A DNA stretch of 24,497 bases from a virus (Duplodnaviria; Caudoviricetes). Shown here one piece after another: positions 1 through 8,000 of this stretch. Where the stretch lies: positions 1-24,497 of IMG/VR virus record IMGVR_UViG_3300034118_001689; one strand, given 5' to 3'. A program made the position numbers and the translations under genes. The notes under the pieces are model-generated. The model did not search any database and was not told where the DNA came from. It saw only the letters and a program-made list of their open reading frames with translations. The first letter of the stretch is position 1. Each line of letters begins with the position of its first letter.

Positions 1-103
1 TGTACTTAAATTTCAATGGACATTGATTAAATGTTGAAATTGAAGATGGTGAAAGGAACTCTGGCGCCTTTAGGCCTGCACCTGAATTATTTGTTGTCGA
101 CAT
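1..103 (-). CDS. PD-(D/E)XK RecB/Cas4-like exonuclease, 5' end only (runs off the window start)
   Basis: Manual translation from the ATG at 103 gives MSTTNNSGAGLKAPEFLSPSSISTFNQCPLKFKY. The LSPSS-x5-CP-x2-F-x-Y pattern is the typical N-terminus of PDDEXK_1/RecB-family phage exonucleases. The start overlaps the end of the SSAP gene. Not in the ORF track. Confidence 0.75.
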   Translation of the reverse strand, partial: MSTTNNSGAGLKAPEFLSPSSISTFNQCPLKFKY

Positions 104-791
104 ATTTGCCACCAAACTGAAGTCGCAGGGCTTCTACTACGAGGGCCTGCAGGTCATCAAGTGACGCTGTTGTCTTTGTCGGCTTTGGCTTACCACCGCT
201 ATGTGTTGACCAGAACTCATTGAGTTCATTCTTTTGCTCTTTGGTGAGTGCTTTTGTTATTTCAACAAAAGTATCCCACTTCTCTTCAAGCTCTGTTTTT
301 GGTGCTGTTTCAACTGGCTCTGGTTGATGGGATGTCAAGATGCCAGCTTCCATTGCGTCCTCAATATCCATAGCGTCCGCAGAACGTGATAGGTACAAAC
401 CAACACCAAGGCTTTGGGCTGCTTTCTTGAAAGCGTTTGACTCCGCACTCTTATATGCGTCACCAAGGTTAACTATCTGACCTTGCTTAGTGCGCATAAT
501 CTTTGCTCCGTCAATTCCATCGCGAATTACTGCGTCGGTACCATCCGTGAAGTGCAATGTAATGCGAACATGGGCGATAACCCAGTCGGTATCGATTGGG
601 TCGCGTTTGCACTCGATTACTTCGCGCGACCACTTCCTACCAAGTACCTTGATGAGGCGATTGGTCACTTCACTGACTGGAATGAACTTTAGGTTGACCC
701 CCGAAAGGTTCATTACTTTTTCCATCTCCTCTGGAAATGGTGCATACAACGCCTGCATGATGGCTTGTTCGTTTACTTGTTGCTGTTCCAT
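87..791 (-). CDS. Rad52/Rad22-family (Sak-like) single-strand annealing protein
   Basis: 234 aa with Rad52-fold motifs FIPVSEVTNRLIKVLG-x-KWS and GDAYKSAESNAFKKAAQSLGVGLYL. Lies next to an exonuclease, as in phage recombination modules. Confidence 0.85.
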   Translation of the reverse strand: MEQQQVNEQAIMQALYAPFPEEMEKVMNLSGVNLKFIPVSEVTNRLIKVLGRKWSREVIECKRDPIDTDWVIAHVRITLHFTDGTDAVIRDGIDGAKIMRTKQGQIVNLGDAYKSAESNAFKKAAQSLGVGLYLSRSADAMDIEDAMEAGILTSHQPEPVETAPKTELEEKWDTFVEITKALTKEQKNELNEFWSTHSGGKPKPTKTTASLDDLQALVVEALRLQFGGKYVDNK

Positions 792-819
792 AGTTGGTTC
801 TATCTCCTGTTTCTAGTGG

Positions 820-1311
820 TTATTTTGCTTTGCGTACAATAATGCTTGTCTTAAGGTCGCCAACCTCACAATAATTGTCGGGATTAATCCCAATTTTATT
901 GAGTTCTTTTACTCTCCAGTAGGACGGAGCGCAATATGTGAGCATATCCAGCGCAATGTCATATGGTGATTTTGTCACTTCGCCAGTGTCCATGTCAACA
1001 GACATCTTTATTAATTTGTCTGCAACAGCAGAACCAAGGTCCTTGTGCTTCCAGCCCTTGCGTTCGTAAGATGATGTCTTTTCAATCTTTACGCCACTTG
1101 AAAGATTTACTTCTTGTTCATTGCCAATAATCCTACCCATTGCAAAAGAGTAAGAATCATAAACCATCGCCAAGTCGCGCTTTAAAAAATTCAATTCTGC
1201 CAGCAATTCACAGGCCTCAACCATGTCTGGACCAGAGTCTGTATATTCCATCAATTCGGAATCGAGCTCAGCAACGAGCTTTTTAATAAGGTCTAATTTC
1301 TCATTGTTCAT
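820..1311 (-). CDS. Hypothetical phage protein (helical N-terminus) in the recombination operon
   Basis: 163-aa ORF co-oriented and tightly packed between terL and the SSAP gene, with an AAGGA SD-like sequence upstream. No recognisable catalytic motif. Confidence 0.75.
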   Translation of the reverse strand: MNNEKLDLIKKLVAELDSELMEYTDSGPDMVEACELLAELNFLKRDLAMVYDSYSFAMGRIIGNEQEVNLSSGVKIEKTSSYERKGWKHKDLGSAVADKLIKMSVDMDTGEVTKSPYDIALDMLTYCAPSYWRVKELNKIGINPDNYCEVGDLKTSIIVRKAK

Positions 1312-1342
1312 TTTAATATTCCTTGTGGTAGTGGGTCTATCT

Positions 1343-2656
1343 CTACAGCAGTATAGAAACTCTTCTGCGCTGTGGCAACCCGAGACCAGTTAAAAATGTA
1401 AAAGCCCCAACAGCAGAGTCGACCTGGTCATCATGGTCGCACGATTCCGGGAATGACGAAAACTCGTCAAGCCAACTCGACAACCACGGAGCCCTGACTA
1501 TTCTCACATTTCCGTTAGCTACGGCAGCCGCAAATGGTCTCGCCCTTGTTTCTTTATCTCCAGTTGACCGAATTGCCGAAAAATCGTAACCAGGAAGCAC
1601 GTATCTTGCATACTGGTCGGCTAGAGCCTTGCCCGAAGAGCCGGGCTCCTGTTCCATGCGTATAGCAACCCCATGACCATCCTCTAGCGCCGTTTGCGCC
1701 ATTAGCTGCTCAACCTTCTCGCCTTTGACGCGGGCTCTCCTGACGTCCAGGATGTAGGAAATACCCTCGTCAAGAAGCATGAGCGTCCCTACGGTCCAGT
1801 CTGGGTCTGGATTAGATGGCGTTGGCTCCGATGCGGCAAGGTCCCAAAATCTCACGACCCTGGCGGAGCTTGTTATTGGCGGTAGCTCGTTTGAATCTAT
1901 TATCACGAATGAGGTTCTATCGAAAAGGGAGCCGAGAGTTGTGCTCCACCAGTCACCCTCCTCAAGTCTGCGTCTTTCGATTGGGTCTAGAGCCTGGAGG
2001 GCTTGGCGGTAGGAAACAGCGTCAATTCCTGGGTTATCCGTCAGTTTTGAGGGTACGAAAATCCTCCCCTCCTGCATGCCTTCAACTATGAAGCGCTGCC
2101 TAACCCAATTGGGAGCAGGGTTTGAGGCGCACCTCATTCTCAGGGGTATCTGAGAAACTGGACCACTGGCAGGGCGGCGTAAACGGGAGAACAGGTAGCG
2201 ATAATCGGATTCCCTGATTTCGGTAACCTCGTCCATGCCGATGAATTGGAATTCGGAACCTTTATAACGAAGATAGTCATTTACGTTGTTTAGGTAGCCG
2301 AAGGATATTCTTGCACCAGATGGGAACGTTGCAATAAATGTATTGCTATTCCAGTGAATGTCATCATAGTTAGACATCCATGATTTGAATCGGTCCATCA
2401 AGGCTCCGGGCAGGGAGAGGTCAGCAAAGGTTCTACGGAAAAGAATGGCCGAATATCCAGGAACATCCACGTATTGCAGGGCCGACATCAACAAGGCGGA
2501 AGATTTTCCTCCACCAGCAGCACCTCCGAATAATGCCTCAAGGGAGTGTGTGCGCAAAAATACTTTTTGGTTTAGTGACGGTTCTTCAGGGCAGAAGGGA
2601 GTTTCCTTGGGCGTGAGGTACTTGAGTACTTCCTCCCAGTTCGGTTTATTAGCCAT
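1343..2656 (-). CDS. terL: Terminase large subunit
   Basis: Walker A GGAAGGGKS, Walker B FIGMDE, coupling motif CASNP, and RNase H-like nuclease motifs RFWDLAAS, DWTVG and HDDQVDS. Close to the portal gene. Confidence 0.95.
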   Translation of the reverse strand: MANKPNWEEVLKYLTPKETPFCPEEPSLNQKVFLRTHSLEALFGGAAGGGKSSALLMSALQYVDVPGYSAILFRRTFADLSLPGALMDRFKSWMSNYDDIHWNSNTFIATFPSGARISFGYLNNVNDYLRYKGSEFQFIGMDEVTEIRESDYRYLFSRLRRPASGPVSQIPLRMRCASNPAPNWVRQRFIVEGMQEGRIFVPSKLTDNPGIDAVSYRQALQALDPIERRRLEEGDWWSTTLGSLFDRTSFVIIDSNELPPITSSARVVRFWDLAASEPTPSNPDPDWTVGTLMLLDEGISYILDVRRARVKGEKVEQLMAQTALEDGHGVAIRMEQEPGSSGKALADQYARYVLPGYDFSAIRSTGDKETRARPFAAAVANGNVRIVRAPWLSSWLDEFSSFPESCDHDDQVDSAVGAFTFLTGLGLPQRRRVSILL

Positions 2657-2710
2657 CAGCTATGCATTCCCTAGTGTCGTATGTTGTTTTTATAGGCTAC
2701 TGTATGTTAT
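2657..2710. promoter_or_regulatory. 54-bp divergent promoter region; candidate -10 TACTGT (2698-2703) 7 nt before the ATG at 2711, possibly a leaderless transcript
   Basis: Sits between head-to-head terL and the portal operon. TANNNT hexamer followed by 7 nt then ATG, with no SD before 2711. The - strand has AGGGAA upstream of the terL start. Confidence 0.45.
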
Positions 2711-2911
2711 ATGCCCAAACTAAGAACTCTGCCTAACAAATTCACCATTTGGCTCAAACCAAAATTAACTAGGCGTACGTTCGCTAATGTGTTCATGGTT
2801 TCATTTATACTATGTACAAGTATTGGAGCAGGTTTAATATTCCCGCCCGCGGGATTGGTGGTTGCCGGAGTGACGTGCGGTCTATTTGGTTTTTTGTTAG
2901 GACTTGAGTAA
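2711..2911 (+). CDS. Small membrane protein immediately upstream of the portal
   Basis: 66 aa with a basic N-terminus and two hydrophobic segments (FANVFMVSFILCTSIGAGLIF, AGLVVAGVTCGLFGFLLGL). Stop codon is 3 nt before the portal ATG. Confidence 0.75.
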   Translation: MPKLRTLPNKFTIWLKPKLTRRTFANVFMVSFILCTSIGAGLIFPPAGLVVAGVTCGLFGFLLGLE

Positions 2912-2914
2912 AAC

Positions 2915-4984
2915 ATGGCTTGGAATTCATCCGAAAATAAATCACTGGACCAACAGCAGAAAAAATCTGCAATTGGTTATGGCGCTCCAGTCACATCAAA
3001 CCCTAGTTACACGGATAAGCCATACAGGGACTCGTGGGATATTGAGCGTGCATACCGAGAGGGTATGCAGAAAATCACTTGGGTGAACAGATGTATCGAT
3101 GCTATTGCAGGCAACCAAGCACGACTTCCAATCATTCTCAGAAAAGATAATTCAAAAGATGGTGAAGTCGTAGTTGGACGTGAGGCGAAGCGTTCATCAC
3201 TGCTTGAGTTACTCAACGTTAAATCCAATATTGGTGAAAACTCGTTTATTTTCCGATACAGACTTTCTGCTCAGTTGTTGCTTGGCACAAGAGGGGCATT
3301 CATTGAAAAAGTTCGCGGAAGAGATGGCGGTGTTATTGGCTTGAATCTCCTCCCCCCACAATCGACTGCCCCAATTCCATGCCCTCGCAAATTTGTTTCT
3401 GGGTACGAAGTGAACATGCCGTATGGCAAGAAAATAATAATGAAGCCAGAGGATGTTGTGTGGATTAGAAGACCGCACCCCCTTGACCCATACCTTTCTC
3501 TCACGCCTCTAGAGGCTTCTGGTGTTGCTATAGAGATTGAAAATTTGGCAAAGCTCTACAACAGAAACTATCTATTAAACGATGGAAGACCTGGTGGACT
3601 TCTTGTTGTTAGAGGCGAAATAGACGAGGACGATAAAGAAGAATTACGCAATAGATTCAGGGGCAATTTGGGCAAAACTGGTCATACAACAGTTATCGCC
3701 GCAGACGAAGGCGTTGACTTTGTTGATACATCAGCGAACCCACGAGATGCTGCATATATTCAAATGCGACAGATTACAAAAGAAGAAATTCTTGCAGCCT
3801 TTGGTGTTCCAGAATCAGTTATTGGAAATGCCTCCGGAAGAACGTTTAGCAACTCGGCAGAAGAAATTAGGGTGTTTTGGGTTGAGACAATGCTGCCTCA
3901 CCTTGAGCCGATAGCGCGAGCACTGGATGAGCTTGACGAGAAATATTACCTAGATTTTGACACAAGCGAAGTTCCAATCCTTTTGCTCTACAAGCAAGAG
4001 CGCGACAGATATTTGAAAGATGAGCTGTCCCAAGGTTTGATTTCTGTCAACGAATACAGACAGGCAAGTGGAAGAAAAGAAGTTGAAGCAGACCTTGCTG
4101 ATTCTCTGCTTATGAATCCAAACCTAATTCCAATTGCTAACACCAAAAAGAAGATGGAAGAGAATGCTGCACAGGTTCCCGGCGGAGCTCCAGGTATGCC
4201 CCCGGTTCCAGGTATGCCTCCAGTTCCTGGAATGCCGCCAGTCGAAGCTCCAGTACCACCACTTGACCCAAATACAATGCAGGGCGCAATGGCCGAAGTT
4301 GCTGCTGGCGGAACTGGGGATATGGCTCAAACAACGTTGCCACCAGAGGTCGCTGGTATGGCTCCTGCTACTGGAGCAGCGCCAATCCCGTCTGGTATGG
4401 CTAGCGAGTCTTCTGGCGGATTCCAGCACAAATCTGCTCAAAGCGATGAATTCGACAAATCTGAGATGGCAATAGAAAGATGGTCTGAAATTCTTTCAAG
4501 AGGTATTGAAAGAGTTGTTGAAAGACAGCAGCGCGTGGTCCTAGAGAAAGCAAGTAGCAGTAAGTCCAAGAAGGCCCTTATGTCGGGAACACTTGACCTT
4601 GATTCAATTTTCTCAATAGACACATGGAACAAGCAATTGGAAGACGACCTACGTCCTGTTATCTCTGCGATAGTCAATGACTCCTACGAGTTCAGAAAAG
4701 AGTCATACTCGCAGAAGGGATTGAAGCCAAGGGCGCTATCTCCAGCAATTGTCAAGAAGCACATTGATTCGCAAATATCCGAGATACTCACCATGAACTC
4801 TGGAATTCGTTCCTCAATGGAAGAAATGATGATGAAATCATTCTCGCATGTGGGAGAAGAACAGCGTTTCTCGGTTTTTAGAGAAGAGCTTGTTGGGATG
4901 TACGCAAATATCCTTGCAAAAGACCAGCTTGAGATATCTGAGTCAGAAGCAAAAAGAGCCTGGACATTCGGACAGGTTGCCTAG
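2915..4984 (+). CDS. HK97-family portal protein with Pro-rich linker and helical C-terminal extension
   Basis: Portal motifs WVNRCIDAIA, LLLGTRGAF, YLSLTPLEA, NDGRPGGLL, EEILAAFGVPESVIG and ISVNEYRQASG. About 290 extra residues follow the core. Confidence 0.93.
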   Translation: MAWNSSENKSLDQQQKKSAIGYGAPVTSNPSYTDKPYRDSWDIERAYREGMQKITWVNRCIDAIAGNQARLPIILRKDNSKDGEVVVGREAKRSSLLELLNVKSNIGENSFIFRYRLSAQLLLGTRGAFIEKVRGRDGGVIGLNLLPPQSTAPIPCPRKFVSGYEVNMPYGKKIIMKPEDVVWIRRPHPLDPYLSLTPLEASGVAIEIENLAKLYNRNYLLNDGRPGGLLVVRGEIDEDDKEELRNRFRGNLGKTGHTTVIAADEGVDFVDTSANPRDAAYIQMRQITKEEILAAFGVPESVIGNASGRTFSNSAEEIRVFWVETMLPHLEPIARALDELDEKYYLDFDTSEVPILLLYKQERDRYLKDELSQGLISVNEYRQASGRKEVEADLADSLLMNPNLIPIANTKKKMEENAAQVPGGAPGMPPVPGMPPVPGMPPVEAPVPPLDPNTMQGAMAEVAAGGTGDMAQTTLPPEVAGMAPATGAAPIPSGMASESSGGFQHKSAQSDEFDKSEMAIERWSEILSRGIERVVERQQRVVLEKASSSKSKKALMSGTLDLDSIFSIDTWNKQLEDDLRPVISAIVNDSYEFRKESYSQKGLKPRALSPAIVKKHIDSQISEILTMNSGIRSSMEEMMMKSFSHVGEEQRFSVFREELVGMYANILAKDQLEISESEAKRAWTFGQVA
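4190..4243 (+). repeat. Three imperfect 18-bp tandem repeats encoding (PGMPPV)3 in the portal linker
   Basis: ccaggtatgcccccggtt / ccaggtatgcctccagtt / cctggaatgccgccagtc. Confidence 0.9.
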
Positions 4985-5092
4985 TTTCACTAAACAATTT
5001 CTGTAAAAGATTTGATTTAGGCAAATACTTGCATTCTGTAGCTGTTTTCTCGTTTATTATCGACTAGCAACCGAGAGAAGTTGGTTTGGAAA

Positions 5093-8000
5093 ATGTCAAA
5101 AGAAACATTCGAGTATAAGACCACATCGGTATCAGGCTCCCAGCAGATTAAGGGTGCTGTAGGCCTGGATGAGATGCAGGGCATTGTCGAGTGTTTCGTT
5201 GCGGGAATTGGTAATAAAGACTCTGTTGGCGACGTTTGCGCCTCGGGGGCATTCACAAAGAGTCTTCTCCGCCGCAAACCGAGAGTTGTTTGGGGCCACA
5301 ACTGGAATGACCCAATCGGCAAAGTGCTTGAAATTTACGAAGTTGGCCCACAGGACCCACGCCTTCCAATGAAGATGAAAATCGCCGGAATTGGCGGTCT
5401 TTTTGCAAAAGTTCAATTCAATCTTCAGTCAGAAAAAGGCAAAGAAGCATTTGCAAACGTGGCCTTCTTTGGAGAAGAACAAGAGTGGTCAATCGGGTAC
5501 AAGACGCTAAGAGCTCAATTCGACCAGAAGTCACAAGCAAACATTCTTTACGAAGTTGAGCTTTATGAAGTAAGCCCTGTTCTGCATGGGGCAAACCAGT
5601 TAACTGGAACAATCTCGGTCAAGGGTGATGACTCATCGTACGGTAATCCTGTCATGGTGATGCCGGAGCAAGATGAGCGCAACGGGTACGAAGAGATGGA
5701 GAAGGAGCTGTCAAGACTTTTTAATGCCAAAGTCTCAGTTCATTCAATAGATGGCGATGAGGTCGTCTTCACCAGACACGAAATGTCCGGAGCGAAAAAG
5801 TACAAGTGTGGATTCATGAGAAATCATGGAAGATACATGTTCGGAACACCTGAGATGATTTCTGTTCCGCAGAATCCTCAGGCAGCTCCAATGCCAGTTG
5901 TTAGCGGTAGACCGACTCCACCAAATGAACCACAAAGAATTGTCAGACCACAGCAAATGCCATCCATACCTGTCGCTGTTAAGCCAGGCGACAATGGAGT
6001 TGTGATGATTCCACTCCCTTCAGTCCAATATGACGCTTCGCCAAAAATGAGCCTCGACAAAGAAGAAGCAGACCTGCGTGATGCTCTTCTTAAAATCGTT
6101 GCACGCCACGGAAAATTTAACGAGGATTCAAATGGAGTTTGGGCTGGCTACTACCCTCCTGCTGAAAATCCAGTTGCCAGAATTGGTGTCAAGTGCGCTA
6201 ATTGCGTGTTTTATAAAGGCGGGTCAAACTGCAAGATAATTGACATGCCTGTAGAACCAGAAGGCAAGTGCAGATTTGCTGTCATCCCGAATGGCGTTGT
6301 ATTGAGCAGTGGCTCAAAAGAACTTGAGGAACACGCTTCAGAAGCAGAAGATGCAATCATGGAAACGCTTGAGCTCAAGTATCCAGGGGAGTTTGTTCTC
6401 GGTGTGCTACGAAATGCCGTCGGCAAACGAAAGAAGAGAAGAAAGAAGTACAAGAATCTCGCCGAATTTGGCGACGAGGACGATATGGGCGAGAAGTCCT
6501 ACCTCATTCCTGTCGAAACAGATTTTGCATTTAGTGTAAAGACCGCACTAGACCCAGTATTCGATTACTACAGAGCAGAAACATTTGTTGACAAAGAGGG
6601 AATAGTAATAACCTCTGGAGTTACTGAAGATTTGATAGATGCAGTCGATACGGCTCTCTACAACTTAAAAAAAAAATTTCCAAATCATGAAATAGAGGGT
6701 AAATCCCTCGGCTACAGAATTGGCCGTTCGCTTGCATCAAGAGCAATTGATAGACCAAGCATTGGTGGCAAAAGGCGTGGTGGCCGTGGATTCGGCATGC
6801 CAGAGGGCGACCTGGACCCACGAACAAGAGTAGACAAAAACAGAGACGGAACACTCTTTGACAACATTCCTGGTTGGGAACAACCAGACCCAACACCAGA
6901 TGGTCCTGGCTCGATAAACAACCCAAAACTTTCTTCCGCACAAAGAAGAGACGTTGCCAGTATTCCTGGTGAAGGTGAAAAAACAAAACCAGCAGATGGT
7001 GAAATAATAAAGAGCCGTAAACCAAAGTACACGGCCGACGACCTTGGTGAAATTCTTGGAGAAAAGAAGAAGCCCGCGAAGAAGGCTGTAGCCAAAAAGG
7101 CTCCTGTTAAAAAAGAAAAAGTAAAACGAGGAGAACTAGATTTCGCTAAGGGTCCTAAAAAGGATAAGACGCCTTCACTTTCATCTGGTGAAAGCGACAA
7201 GAGACTCACTCGCCACTCGGGAGACCCAAAATTTGAATCACTTGTTTCTCCAGAAGAACTAGAGAAGCGCAAGAAATTCGAAGAAGTAATTAAAGACTGG
7301 AAAGATTCCGGTTATGGCTGGACAGATGTACCTAGGTATAAGCCAGATGCTTACAGGTCGCCTGACTATCTGCGCGGAAGAGAGATGGGTGTCAATCAAG
7401 CCAGGGTGATGTGGCTTGGAGATAAAACCAATCCAAGACCAGCCAAATTCGAAGATAAAAATACGTCTTCTGTTGCCTACAGGGATTGGTACTCAGGGAT
7501 GGTTATGCGTGCCGGCACCTTCCTTGATGCATCACGTGGTGATGACAACGAATTCTACAACGGCATGGAAGATGCAATACATGAATTCATGTACAACAAC
7601 AGACCTGATGCAACTGGGTTCAGGGGTATTGGCCCAGATGGGAAAGACGGTCTATCCGACTGGATGCGTCAATATGGTTTCGACTCATTATCGCCAACTC
7701 CATTAAGAAAGAAAAAAGAAGGAAAAAAGAGAAGTTCACTCTCCCTCTCTTCTGGCGCAGACGACGATACAAGACCAAATTTCGACGAAGAAAATTATGA
7801 GAGCGACACGAATGTAGATTTCTACGACACCATTCTTGACATGATGGGTCCAGAAGATGACCGACCAAAGGTTTCTTCTCGCAAGAAACAAATGAGCGAT
7901 GAAGAGATTTATCGCAAGAGAACGACAACTGGAGCTTCCCTGCAGGATGTTGCAGAAGAGCTCGGTCTGACGAGAATGGAAGTCAGAAAGCGCGAGCAGC

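Noticed and set aside
1093-1104. LSSG (VNLSSGVK) in the 163-aa hypothetical protein on the - strand
   Set aside because: Single copy in a probably non-virion gene, preceded by N rather than S/A/T, and apparently in a beta-turn. Compatible with chance.
5029-5060. TTGCAT...TATTAT promoter upstream of the protease gene
   Set aside because: The spacer is 20 nt, too long for a sigma-70-type promoter, so it cannot be supported.
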